Origin: Planctomycetaceae bacterium
GTDB lineage: Bacteria; Planctomycetota; Phycisphaerae; Sedimentisphaerales; UBA12454
Length of the DNA: 64,000 nucleotides
Direction: 5' to 3'
NCBI GenBank assembly: GCA_021371795.1
Contig: JAJFVK010000021.1
Span: 125,467-189,466 of the forward strand
The notes below the pieces were generated by a model. It was not told the DNA's origin and did not search any database. It saw only the letters and a program-made list of their open reading frames with translations. The translations under genes were made by a program, and so were the position numbers. This document shows, one piece after another, positions 8,087 to 17,439 of this stretch (position 1 is the stretch's first letter; each line of letters begins with the position of its first letter).

Positions 8087-9871
8087 TTAATGGTGCGTTT
8101 GCGTTCTCAAATTCAATTCGTCAAGCTGTTTCTGTTCCACAGAGCTCGGCGCATCGGTAAGCAGACACTGGCCTTTCTGTGTTTTCGGAAACGCGATAAC
8201 GTCCCTGATATTGTCAGTTCCGGTAAGGAACATTACAAGCCTGTCGAGACCTAACGCAATTCCGCCGTGCGGAGGAGCACCGAACTTAAGCGCGTCGAGG
8301 AAGAAGCCGAATCTGTCTTTGGCCTGCTCTCGCGAAATTTTCAGCAAATCGAAAACTTTGGCCTGAATCTCCGGCTGGTGAATACGAATACTTCCGCCGC
8401 CGATTTCAGAACCATTGACAACAATATCATAAGCCTGCGACCTGATATGGCCGGGGTCTGTATCGAGTTTGTGAATATCTTCCGGAACAGGCGCTGTAAA
8501 CGGATGATGCAGCGAATCAAAACGATTCTCGCCTTCGTTCCAATCAAACAATGGAAAATCAATAATCCAAACCAGTTCATACGCCTTGTCGTCAATAAGG
8601 CCTAAATCTCTGGCAACTTTGAGCCTCAACGGCGCGAGCGCTTTATTCGTTTGAGCTGGTTTATCGGCGACAAACAGCAGCAAATCGTCAACCTTCGCAT
8701 CGAATTTGGCAATGATTGCCTTTCGCTGTTCAGGCGTGAAAAATTTCGTCAGATTGCTCGACAAATCTATGCCTCCCTGTTCATCTTTAATAACCTTGAA
8801 CCACGCAAGACCTTTTGCACCAAAATCCTGCGCAACACCCGTGAAGGTTTTTTCAATATCGCTTCGTGAAAATTTCGCTCCGCCCGGTGCGCAAAGACCT
8901 TTAACAATGCCGCCCTTCTGAACGGTATCGGTAAAGACTTTAAATTGCGACTGACTTGCGACTTCTGAAATATCCTTGAGTATCATACCAAAACGCAAAT
9001 CCGGACGGTCGATGCCGTAATCATCCATCGACTGCTGATATGTCATTCTTCTAATCGGCAGTTTAATTTCAACGCCGAGCACTTCTTTCCAAATTGCCGC
9101 GATGAGCTGCTCGTGAACGGTAATCACCTCGTCTTCTTCGACGAAACTCATCTCGACATCTATCTGTGTAAACTCCGCTTGTCTGTCGGCACGCGGGTCT
9201 TCATCTCTGAAACATCTGACAATCTGAAAATATTTATCAACGCCGCTGATCATCAGCACCTGCTTGAAAAGCTGCGGCGACTGCGGCAACGCATAGAAAT
9301 TTCCAGAACACAATCTGCTTGGCACGAGAAAATCTCTTGCGCCTTCGGGCGTGCTTTTGCCGAGGAAAGGCGTTTCGATTTCCCAAAAACCTTTGCTGTC
9401 GAAAAAGTCGCGTGCGACCTTTGTAACCTTATGACGCACTTTAAGACGATTCTGCATTACAGGGCGTCTCAAATCAAGATAACGATATTTCAAACGCGTC
9501 TCTTCGGCGACTGATTCAGCATTTTGAAGTTCAAATACCGGCGTTTCAGCTTTATTCAAAATCTCAAGATTATCAATCAGCACTTCGATTTTACCCGTAT
9601 TGAGCTTTGGATTATCCAACCCCTCGCCGCGAGGCCTTACGCTACCGCTTGCCGCAATGACAAATTCACATCGCAAATCGCGAGAGAGCTTGTGCATTTG
9701 GGGCTGTGCTTTTGGATCGAAAACAAGCTGCGTCAATCCTTCACGGTCGCGTAAATCAATGAAGACAAGATTGCCATGGTCGCGATATGAATCCACCCAG
9801 CCCGCAAGAATTACTTTTTTGCCGGCGTCTTCAAGACGCAGTTGACCACAGTTATGAGTTCTTTTAAGCAT
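8087..9871 (-). CDS. aspS: Aspartate--tRNA ligase
   Basis: 594 aa. Class II aaRS motifs (FRDE, GGIALGLDRLVM), an N-terminal OB anticodon-binding domain, and the GAD insertion typical of bacterial AspRS. Confidence 0.9.
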   Translation of the reverse strand: MLKRTHNCGQLRLEDAGKKVILAGWVDSYRDHGNLVFIDLRDREGLTQLVFDPKAQPQMHKLSRDLRCEFVIAASGSVRPRGEGLDNPKLNTGKIEVLIDNLEILNKAETPVFELQNAESVAEETRLKYRYLDLRRPVMQNRLKVRHKVTKVARDFFDSKGFWEIETPFLGKSTPEGARDFLVPSRLCSGNFYALPQSPQLFKQVLMISGVDKYFQIVRCFRDEDPRADRQAEFTQIDVEMSFVEEDEVITVHEQLIAAIWKEVLGVEIKLPIRRMTYQQSMDDYGIDRPDLRFGMILKDISEVASQSQFKVFTDTVQKGGIVKGLCAPGGAKFSRSDIEKTFTGVAQDFGAKGLAWFKVIKDEQGGIDLSSNLTKFFTPEQRKAIIAKFDAKVDDLLLFVADKPAQTNKALAPLRLKVARDLGLIDDKAYELVWIIDFPLFDWNEGENRFDSLHHPFTAPVPEDIHKLDTDPGHIRSQAYDIVVNGSEIGGGSIRIHQPEIQAKVFDLLKISREQAKDRFGFFLDALKFGAPPHGGIALGLDRLVMFLTGTDNIRDVIAFPKTQKGQCLLTDAPSSVEQKQLDELNLRTQTHH

Positions 9872-9915
9872 AAAATCTTTCCGATACTCTTAAGAAATTT
9901 AATATAAAGCAAATA

Positions 9916-10242
9916 CTACGACAGATGTTCGTCTATCGCGTCTGTAATGTCAGACTTCTTAGCCAAACCGACCCATTTTTTTACCATTTCGCCGTTATTA
10001 AACAAAATAACCGTAGGAATGGCGCTAATGCCGAACTCAACGGCCGCTTCGTGATGCTCGTCAGTATTAAGTTTGCAGATTTTCGCTTTGCCTGCGTATT
10101 CGTTTGCGATTTCTTCAATCACAGGAGCAAGCATTTTGCACGGACCACACCAAGGCGCCCAAAAATCAACGAGAACCGGTGTATCGCCATGTACTATACT
10201 GTCAAAGGTAGCATCTGTAAGTTCAATCATATTTCCGGCCAT
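9916..10242 (-). CDS. trxA: Thioredoxin
   Basis: 108 aa with active site WAPWCGPCK. Confidence 0.85.
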   Translation of the reverse strand: MAGNMIELTDATFDSIVHGDTPVLVDFWAPWCGPCKMLAPVIEEIANEYAGKAKICKLNTDEHHEAAVEFGISAIPTVILFNNGEMVKKWVGLAKKSDITDAIDEHLS

Positions 10243-10374
10243 TTTACGTCCTTTCCTTATGCGTAATTGCGGCTAAATTCATCGAGCAGCGGATTTTAGT
10301 CGTTTTAAACGTCAAAGTCAAACTATTTTGCCGTCCCGGCCGGCGTCAGAATATGTATTAACAAAGAAAATTGG

Positions 10375-10403
10375 TTGTATTTTTCCACCGAAACAGCTAC
10401 AAT
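10375..10403 (+). promoter_or_regulatory. Candidate sigma70-type promoter for tRNA-Pro(GGG): TTGTAT-N17-TACAAT
   Basis: -35 TTGTAT at 10375-10380, 17-nt spacer, -10 TACAAT at 10398-10403, about 20 nt upstream of the tRNA 5' end. Confidence 0.4.
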
Positions 10404-10424
10404 CCAAAATTATTCTTATTTTTT

Positions 10425-10499
10425 CGGGGCGTAGCGCAGTTTGGCTAGCGCGTCAGACTGGGGGTCTGAAAGTCGCAGGTTCGAATCCTGTCGCCCCGA
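10425..10499 (+). tRNA. tRNA-Pro (anticodon GGG)
   Basis: Cloverleaf: acceptor CGGGGCG/CGCCCCG with discriminator A, anticodon stem TCAGA/TCTGA with loop CTGGGGG, T-arm GCAGG-TTCGAAT-CCTGT. A hairpin ttttgagc-aga-gctcaaaa follows directly at 10501-10519. Confidence 0.8.
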
Positions 10500-10713
10500 T
10501 TTTGAGCAGAGCTCAAAATCAGAGCAGTAGAGGGTAGATAGTTGAAAATAGAGCAAATCGCCTGCTCTGCGGGCAATTAATGATGGCTGGATGGTTCAAT
10601 ATCTCTACTGCAGTCTATTTTCTACTCTCAACTTTCAAAAGAAATAAACAGGTAAACTACAGATACGTTTGCCTGCTTGTCGCGATGCCGTTAGTCGCTG
10701 GTATTAATCGTTT

Positions 10714-11511
10714 TTATTGTTGGTTTGTTTGGGTGGAATTTTTTTCTTTAATCCGCCAGTGCCACGGTTCGTAAGTAATACCTGCACTGGAATCTTTCGG
10801 ATACGAGAGAATAAAATTAAATCTTTGTGCGTTTTTCATCAGCCAGACATATTCCGGAAGTACCTCGAACTTTTCAGGGCAGCCGTCGCCATTAATGCCG
10901 TCTTCGTTGATGAAGTCGAGTGCCTGTCTGCGCGGGCAGCCATGTTCACTGTAGCCCGGCAACGCAACATATTTTACGGTTTCACGAATAGAGTAATCAT
11001 GGTTTGAGAGATAAAATACAAACAGGTATAACTGGTATGCGCTGCTGCGATATGCGGATTCGACATAAAGACGTTTGCCGATTTCCTTTTGCATCGCATC
11101 CATCATTTTTGTATAGCTTTCGTTTACATCTTTCGGCAGAAATTGCGGCGGCAAAATATATGGTTCGCCTTTGATTTTAATTTTCTGCCCTGTGATGATA
11201 ACGAATTCCTCATTACCCTGTGCGATTCCAAGGTATGGAATTTTGACCGATATTGCATTAGCGTCAAGAGTTTCAAATTGTTTGAGGAATATTTTCTGGC
11301 TTTCGGTAAGCGGAGCGTAAAGCTCACTAAATGCAAGCGAAGCAAGATTATGTTTTTCGTCTCTCTCTCTGATTAGAGGCTCAAGTTCGCCGAGAACAGT
11401 TTTAACCTGATTGACATCGGACGGGGAAAGACCGTCAAGATTCAACTCGGCAAAGGCAAGGCCGACAAACAAAAATGAAAAAACAAAAACACAACAAAGT
11501 AACTTTGACAT
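10714..11511 (-). CDS. Peptidase M15 family (VanY-like D-Ala-D-Ala carboxypeptidase), secreted
   Basis: 265 aa. N-terminal signal peptide and an SxHxxGxAxD-type zinc-binding region (YSEHGCPRRQALDF). Confidence 0.6.
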   Translation of the reverse strand: MSKLLCCVFVFSFLFVGLAFAELNLDGLSPSDVNQVKTVLGELEPLIRERDEKHNLASLAFSELYAPLTESQKIFLKQFETLDANAISVKIPYLGIAQGNEEFVIITGQKIKIKGEPYILPPQFLPKDVNESYTKMMDAMQKEIGKRLYVESAYRSSAYQLYLFVFYLSNHDYSIRETVKYVALPGYSEHGCPRRQALDFINEDGINGDGCPEKFEVLPEYVWLMKNAQRFNFILSYPKDSSAGITYEPWHWRIKEKNSTQTNQQ

Positions 11512-11610
11512 TGTTACCTCCAGTGATCATATTTTAAAGTGAAAGAGTTTTTTCGCAAGACATTTTGTCAGCTCAAAACAAAAAATACATTCGTGGAAAG
11601 TCGGATTTCT

Positions 11611-12660
11611 TTAGTTGAGTTTTGAACGGAGAGTTTCAGCGCGAAGAATATCACGCTGTTCGGGATTAAGAGATTGGCCTTTGTTGATTTGCAGATGAGC
11701 CGGCTGGGTCAGCAGAAATAACTCATTGACTGTCTCGATGGAAATTTCCTTTACCCTGCCCATATTGATACCCATACGCAAATTGCTCAACAGAAACATG
11801 GCTTCGTGCGAACTAATCAGCTTTGCACTTTTCAGCAGAGCAAGTGCGCGGGCAATTTTATCATCGAGGATATTTACTTCTCCGGTCAAAAGTTTATCAC
11901 GAGCAATTCTTTCATATTCGACAATTTTCGGAATTATCAAGTTCTGAAAATCATCAACAATCTTCTGTTCGCTTATGCCGAGTGTTACCTGATTCGAAAT
12001 CTGGAAGAAATCGCCGATAGCTTCAGTGCCTTCGCCGAACAAACCGCGAATGGCAAGATTCATATCACGAGCTGATTCGAAAAGTTTTTTCAACTGGTCG
12101 GTCATCTTCAACGCAGGCAGGTGCATCATTACCGAAACGCGGATTCCTGTGCCAAGATTCGTTGGGCAGGCGGTAAGATAGCCGTATTGTGAACTGAACG
12201 CATACGCGACTTTTTCAGCAATCTCGTTATCAATTTCGTTTATTCGCTGCCAGCATTTTTCAACGTTCAAGCCGGGAGCAAGAACACAAAGACGCAAATG
12301 GTCTTCTTCGTTTATCTGCGCAGAGAAAAGCTCATTTTGGGCAATTACAACTCCGCGCGGGCCGGTGCCTGCGGCGAGATTCCGGCTGATTAACTGCCGT
12401 TCTATCAGCAGGTCGCGTTCGATTGTTGTGCCGTGTTCGATGTCTATAAAGAAAATATCGCCGAGTGAGCCGAGCGAAAGAATTACTTCTTTGAGCGTTT
12501 GCAGAATTTCACTTTTTTCCAGATCGCTGCATCGTGTGGCAAACTTTTTACCCGCTAAATTTCGGGCAAGCCGAATTCGTGACGAGACTACAATGTCCGA
12601 TAATGGTGCGACAGGGTCGAACCATCTGCTTATTTTCATACTTAAATCTGTTAGTCTCAT
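11611..12660 (-). CDS. mcsB: Protein-arginine kinase (ATP:guanido phosphotransferase)
   Basis: 349 aa. Phosphagen-kinase catalytic-domain motifs (LTACPTNLGTGIRVSVMMHLPAL). Confidence 0.8.
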   Translation of the reverse strand: MRLTDLSMKISRWFDPVAPLSDIVVSSRIRLARNLAGKKFATRCSDLEKSEILQTLKEVILSLGSLGDIFFIDIEHGTTIERDLLIERQLISRNLAAGTGPRGVVIAQNELFSAQINEEDHLRLCVLAPGLNVEKCWQRINEIDNEIAEKVAYAFSSQYGYLTACPTNLGTGIRVSVMMHLPALKMTDQLKKLFESARDMNLAIRGLFGEGTEAIGDFFQISNQVTLGISEQKIVDDFQNLIIPKIVEYERIARDKLLTGEVNILDDKIARALALLKSAKLISSHEAMFLLSNLRMGINMGRVKEISIETVNELFLLTQPAHLQINKGQSLNPEQRDILRAETLRSKLN

Positions 12661-12673
12661 TGAATTTTTCCGA

Positions 12674-13177
12674 CTATGCCTGCGAAAGAGCCTTGAGCTG
12701 GTCTCTTAATTTTGCCGCAAGCTCGTAATCCTCGGCCTTAACCGCTGCATCGAGCCGGCGCTTCAAATCATCAATTACGGACTTGTCTTTTGTGTCCTCG
12801 CCGGTAACTGACGGAGGAACTTTGCCAATGTGCTGTGAATTGCCGTCCTGTGTCTTTTCGATAACGTCGTGCAAATCATCTTCGAAAACTTTGTAATCGT
12901 TCGGACAGCCCAACAATGCCTGTTTTCTGAACTGCTCCATCGTCGTACCGCACTGGTCGCAGACTTTGCCGGTCTTTTCGACAGCCTCTGCGCCGTCGGT
13001 TTGCTGATGGGCGGCAATGAGAGAACTTAACAACTCATTGAGCGAAAGCTGACTCTTGACCGTAACGCCTTCCTTCTGCGCACAAGCCTGGCACAGGTGG
13101 CTTTCCGTTCTGTGGCCGTCAACTATCTCTGTCAGATGTACCGTTGCTGTCTTATCTTTACAAATTTCACATTGCAT
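12674..13177 (-). CDS. mcsA: McsA-like activator of protein-arginine kinase (zinc-finger plus UVR domain)
   Basis: 167 aa. N-terminal CxxC pairs (CEIC, CQAC, CDQCG) and a C-terminal UVR-like motif (DYELAAKLRDQLKAL). Sits immediately upstream of mcsB. Confidence 0.65.
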   Translation of the reverse strand: MQCEICKDKTATVHLTEIVDGHRTESHLCQACAQKEGVTVKSQLSLNELLSSLIAAHQQTDGAEAVEKTGKVCDQCGTTMEQFRKQALLGCPNDYKVFEDDLHDVIEKTQDGNSQHIGKVPPSVTGEDTKDKSVIDDLKRRLDAAVKAEDYELAAKLRDQLKALSQA

Positions 13178-13326
13178 AACGTTATTTTCCTGAATTTATT
13201 ACCCCCGCCACACCCTTGTCTTCGACTGCGAGTGCAGGCAGGTGCGGGGGCTAATAATCGAATATTATTATATCAAAAAACAGTCAAAATAGACTCAATA
13301 TTATTATCGGCTATTTTCCCATTCTA

Positions 13327-13698
13327 CTAAACCTGTTTTTCACTGTATTTTGCTTTGCAACCGGGGGCTTCGGTAACTTCAACATATAAAAGTTTTACTC
13401 CCTGCTGAAGCTGCTTTTTAATACTGTCATAAATATATTTGGCGACATTTTCAGCCGAAGTATTCATATCCTTAAAGCAGTCGAAATCCTCCAGTGCCCT
13501 GTCGCTGAACGGCGAAACAATTTCGTCGATTGTCTTTTTCAGGTCGTTGAAGTCCAAAAGCAGACCGTTTTGGTCAAGATGCTCGCCGGCGACAGCGGCC
13601 TCGGCCTGCCAGTCGTGAATGTGATACGATTCGGCACCGGCCGTGAATTTAAGCTGATGGCCCGCAACAAAAACAGTACTAACCGTAATGGTAAACAT
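13327..13698 (-). CDS. queD: 6-carboxy-5,6,7,8-tetrahydropterin synthase
   Basis: 123 aa. PTPS-family fold with the conserved His/Glu pattern (GHQLKFTAGAESYHIHDWQ). Confidence 0.8.
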   Translation of the reverse strand: MFTITVSTVFVAGHQLKFTAGAESYHIHDWQAEAAVAGEHLDQNGLLLDFNDLKKTIDEIVSPFSDRALEDFDCFKDMNTSAENVAKYIYDSIKKQLQQGVKLLYVEVTEAPGCKAKYSEKQV

Positions 13699-13702
13699 AT
13701 TT

Positions 13703-14206
13703 TTACCCTCTGATATTTTTTTCAGTCAGTCTTTTCTGCAATTTTTCATAAACGCCTGCGGGAATCAGATTCGCGACGTTGCCGCCAAGCGAAGCGATCT
13801 GTCTGATGAGCGCAGAACTTGTAAAGCCGTACTGTTCGCTGGTCATAATAAAAATCGTCTCAATGCCGGCAACCGCTCGGTTCGTCATTGCAAGCTGAAA
13901 TTCATACTGCACGTCCGTTAGGTTTCGCAAACCACGCAAAATAACCGTAGCACCGACGCTGGCGGCATACTCGACCGTCAGGCAATCATAACTCTGGACA
14001 CTAACGCAGGGAATATCTTTAACAAGAGGTTTTATTATCTCAACGCGCTCATCAAGCGTGAAAAGCGGGTCTTTCAACGGACTGTTGCCGACCGCGACTA
14101 TCACTTCGTCGAATAACTTAATACCGCGACTTATAACATCGAGATGGCCGTTGGTAATAGGGTCAAATGAGCCGGGAAAAACAGCTCTAACAAATTTTTT
14201 GGACAT
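13703..14206 (-). CDS. coaD: Phosphopantetheine adenylyltransferase
   Basis: Start chosen at MSKKFVRAVFPGSFDPITNGH, which carries the conserved T/HxGH motif, with an AGGTGG-like SD upstream. The ORF track extends to 14239. The stop lies 4 nt from the queD start. Confidence 0.8.
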   Translation of the reverse strand: MSKKFVRAVFPGSFDPITNGHLDVISRGIKLFDEVIVAVGNSPLKDPLFTLDERVEIIKPLVKDIPCVSVQSYDCLTVEYAASVGATVILRGLRNLTDVQYEFQLAMTNRAVAGIETIFIMTSEQYGFTSSALIRQIASLGGNVANLIPAGVYEKLQKRLTEKNIRG

Positions 14207-14283
14207 AATTCCACCTTTCAAATTATAATTATACCCCAAACGGCATTAACGTCAAATATTCATATATTATATCATTTGGGAAA

Positions 14284-14322
14284 TAAAAAACCCCGTGTAC
14301 GCATAACGCCGCACGGGGTTTT
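14284..14322. terminator. Bidirectional rho-independent terminator
   Basis: Hairpin aaccccgtg-...-cacggggtt flanked by an A-run (14284-14290) and a T-run (after 14320). Positioned downstream of the minus-strand fucose-isomerase-like gene. Confidence 0.55.
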
Positions 14323-14347
14323 GGAACATTCTACATCAACTTAACAC

Positions 14348-16039
14348 TTAACCTTTAATCAACTTGAGCAACGGCAGCGGTCTGTCAACGCCTTCAATAA
14401 ACGACGGTCTTGCCGCCCATGGTGTTACGCTGACTACGCCTGTCATATCCATCCAGTGCTGGAGTCTTGCGACCGGAGTATTCCAAATCATGTGCAGATG
14501 GTTTGCCGCGGCGTATTGCTTATACTCGACCATCGTCGCATACTTCGGAACGAGGAACGTATGCGGCCAGTTCGGGTCTGTCAAATCGCACATCGCTTTG
14601 CCGAGCTTTTCGGGAACTTCTGTTGTTACAGCTTCGTCCCAAATCAAACTAAATTTGTTGTTCGCTGAACAATATGCCATTCTGCCTGCGAGGCCTTCAA
14701 TGCCGGCAGGTGTCATAAATGTAATTGAATTTCCGCCGCCCGCGAAGTAATCAAGACTCGCAAGAGGCATAGAAATGCCAGACATAATTTTCTTAATGTC
14801 TGTACCTGGCAATTGCGCCCAATCGAATGAAGCCGAGCCGCTGTTGTTGCCGTCAACCAGGCCCTTCTTGAGCCAGTCGGCATTCTTCGGCAGAGATTTA
14901 ATTCCCAATTTCTTCGCCAGCCCTTTGATTTCCCATGCTTCCCAGATTTTTCTCAAATCCATAAACAGCGGTGGATTCCCGCCGGAGAGCCAGTTAAAGA
15001 ATAACATTGTGAGCAATGCCTGACAGTCGGCTTCAGTTGCGTACGGTATCGCCTGTTTTGGGCCGTTATGGTCGAATGTGCTGTTGAAGAGCGATTCCAT
15101 AACATCTGCGACTGGCATCGGAATGCCGCGTTTGTCGCTGCCCCATTCGAGCTGGCTCATAAATCCGCCGCCAACGGCATTGAGCTGCGCCATCAAATCG
15201 CGAACAATCAGGTACATCGCCAGTGAAATATTGAAACGCTCATTTTCTTCGGCGGTCTTGACCTGAAGTCTCTTGCCGATGTGTTTGTCTATCCATGCGC
15301 GAAGTGCTGATAATTCTTTTTTGTCATAAGCGCCTTTGCTAAGCATATCAGCCAGCAGTTTCATATCGAGTCTTGTAATTTCCAATCCGAAAGTATTTCT
15401 TGTCGGAATAACGTGAGACAGAGCGGTTTCCATACCCATCGAATCGTGGCCGAAAAGCACAACTCTGCGGCCCTTCAACGCCACATAAGTAACGGCTGAA
15501 TAACACCAGTCGATAAGATTCTTTGCGGTTTCTTTGCTCATCTGCGGATTCAACCCCTTGTCATCCCAGTTGCCGACGTTCAGGGTTACGAGTCTGCCGT
15601 ATTGCGAAATCGCGCCGCTTAAAGCATGTGCATACACAACGCCTGGCTTGGGACCGCTGTTGCCGCAGGTAATGTTCATCGGCGTTTCAGCGGGGAACTG
15701 CTGAAGAAGCGAAATCGATGTAAGCTGCGGGAATGCCCATGTGTCCGGAGCGCAGACGAGAATGTTTACGCCGGCGTTTCTGAACTGCTGGGCGACGAGG
15801 TCAGCCTGCGGTTCGCCATCGACGAGGACATCCGAATAAACAACCTGTACCGGCTGGCCATCCGGCATTATAACTGCGCCGCAAATCGTATCGGCAACCA
15901 TTGCGATAATGTTCTGCACGCGTTTTCTGCTGTCAGCGTCAATGCGGGGATCGCCGGGAGCGAAAACGCCGATAACCGGCTTGCGAGGTGATGCGTTTTT
16001 TATACTATCCAAACAAACTGCTTTTGCATTATTACTCAT
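14348..16039 (-). CDS. L-fucose isomerase (FucI) family sugar isomerase
   Basis: 563 aa. The overall pattern resembles FucI (ATE.D..L.ML....G....F.D.R..W), with N-terminal Rossmann-like and C-terminal domains. Confidence 0.55.
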   Translation of the reverse strand: MSNNAKAVCLDSIKNASPRKPVIGVFAPGDPRIDADSRKRVQNIIAMVADTICGAVIMPDGQPVQVVYSDVLVDGEPQADLVAQQFRNAGVNILVCAPDTWAFPQLTSISLLQQFPAETPMNITCGNSGPKPGVVYAHALSGAISQYGRLVTLNVGNWDDKGLNPQMSKETAKNLIDWCYSAVTYVALKGRRVVLFGHDSMGMETALSHVIPTRNTFGLEITRLDMKLLADMLSKGAYDKKELSALRAWIDKHIGKRLQVKTAEENERFNISLAMYLIVRDLMAQLNAVGGGFMSQLEWGSDKRGIPMPVADVMESLFNSTFDHNGPKQAIPYATEADCQALLTMLFFNWLSGGNPPLFMDLRKIWEAWEIKGLAKKLGIKSLPKNADWLKKGLVDGNNSGSASFDWAQLPGTDIKKIMSGISMPLASLDYFAGGGNSITFMTPAGIEGLAGRMAYCSANNKFSLIWDEAVTTEVPEKLGKAMCDLTDPNWPHTFLVPKYATMVEYKQYAAANHLHMIWNTPVARLQHWMDMTGVVSVTPWAARPSFIEGVDRPLPLLKLIKG

Positions 16040-16277
16040 TTTTTCTCCGAAAATTTTAACGTAGCCACTAAGGCACTAAGACACTAAGTTTTTCATTTCT
16101 ATTTACCCTGCGCTAACCCCGCTTTCGCTTATGGGTTTCCGCTTCGCTTCAACGCTTAGGGCTCTGATGGTTTTACTCTACGCCCCAAAAATATATTTTA
16201 CAAGTAAAAACAACGCACACAACGTCTTCTAACGTTTTAATGAACTAAACAGAACTAAAATTAGCAAAAAAATGCTA

Positions 16278-17378
16278 TTATAATTGTTCTGCAGTTTTCG
16301 GAGTGTTAACATCGTTGGCGTCTTTGGAGATATCCTCCACCAAATCAGCCAGCGGTTTTGTCATATTCGTTCCCATATATGAAGGCACTTTATAGACCCA
16401 GCCTTTGGTTGCATTGGCAAGCTTCATCGCGCTTTCTTTGGCCAGCAGTTTCGCTTCCTTCTTTTTAAGCTCATCGGCCGACTCAACGCCCTGCTCTTTT
16501 GTTACCTGCGTTTTGTCTGTAAAGTCAACACTGCATTTTATGTATGTATCGGAATCCTTTTTGGCAATTTCAATACTAATCAGAGTCGAATCCTTTTTCA
16601 TAAGACTGAACTTGCGGTCGAAGTCCAAATCCTTCGCTTTGTCTTCGGACATCATATCGTCGAATCTCAAATTTGAAAGAGCGCCGAGTACCTGCTGACA
16701 TTCGCTGTCTTTCTGTTTTTTGCCGGCAGGCAGTTCCTTGAGTTTTACAACGGCACCGTTGGCATCGGCGGTCAGCGAATACGAACCTTCCGGTGAAGTA
16801 ACCGTTACCCAATCGATGCTTTCCTTCTTAATGTAAATGAGATCCTGATTCGTATATTCAACCGCTTCGCTGCGTATCCATGGAACATTTGCCAGCACAT
16901 AAACTTTCTTATCGTTCACAAGTCTGCCATAGCACAAACTACCTTTGCCCGATTCGGAATCCTTGCCGATGATAAAGCCGGTGATAAGTTTATCGGCTGC
17001 ATCGTAGAACGTAAGCATCGCCTGCGAGTCGGCATCCGTTACGCCGAGGTCTGCGTAATTTTTCTCATCCTCGGTGTATAACTCGACGGTCTTTATGTCC
17101 AGCGACGATGTAAACAAATTATTAACCACTTTCGTTGCCGCGGGGTAACCATCCTTTTCAGCAATCACAAATTCATTGCCTTTGTGCTGAAGCGTAACGG
17201 TTTTGCCGCCCTGCTTTACAATGATTTTCTGAATACCAGCCGGGTCAAGCCCCTGTACAAGCGAACCCATAGCTGACGCGGCAGGCTTTGTTTTGTTGGC
17301 ATATTGTGAAATAACCAAAGCAAGAACAACTGAAGCTGCCGCTACAATACCTAAAAATGATATTCTTTTATCACTCAT
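16278..17378 (-). CDS. DUF4340-like protein (GldG-associated), N-terminal TM anchor
   Basis: 366 aa with one N-terminal TM helix. Positioned directly downstream of the GldF/GldG-like gene, as is usual for DUF4340. Confidence 0.5.
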   Translation of the reverse strand: MSDKRISFLGIVAAASVVLALVISQYANKTKPAASAMGSLVQGLDPAGIQKIIVKQGGKTVTLQHKGNEFVIAEKDGYPAATKVVNNLFTSSLDIKTVELYTEDEKNYADLGVTDADSQAMLTFYDAADKLITGFIIGKDSESGKGSLCYGRLVNDKKVYVLANVPWIRSEAVEYTNQDLIYIKKESIDWVTVTSPEGSYSLTADANGAVVKLKELPAGKKQKDSECQQVLGALSNLRFDDMMSEDKAKDLDFDRKFSLMKKDSTLISIEIAKKDSDTYIKCSVDFTDKTQVTKEQGVESADELKKKEAKLLAKESAMKLANATKGWVYKVPSYMGTNMTKPLADLVEDISKDANDVNTPKTAEQL

Positions 17379-17439
17379 TGAAATAACTCCAAATTCCCAT
17401 CTAAAAATCTTAAATTTTCAATATTAAATATTAAATTCG

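Noticed and set aside
10580-10774. ORF 10580-10774 (64 aa, hydrophobic) downstream of tRNA-Pro(GGG)
   Set aside because: It overlaps the 3' end of the M15 peptidase gene on the opposite strand. No SD. Likely spurious.
13287-13303. CtsR operator upstream of mcsA
   Set aside because: Only one heptad (AGTCAAA) matches. The second repeat (GACTCAA) and the spacer deviate. I kept it as a weak note and did not call it a feature.
16066-16088. Tandem 8-nt cactaag repeats as a possible CRISPR or microsatellite
   Set aside because: Only three units with no spacers. There are no repeat-spacer arrays anywhere in the window and no cas genes.
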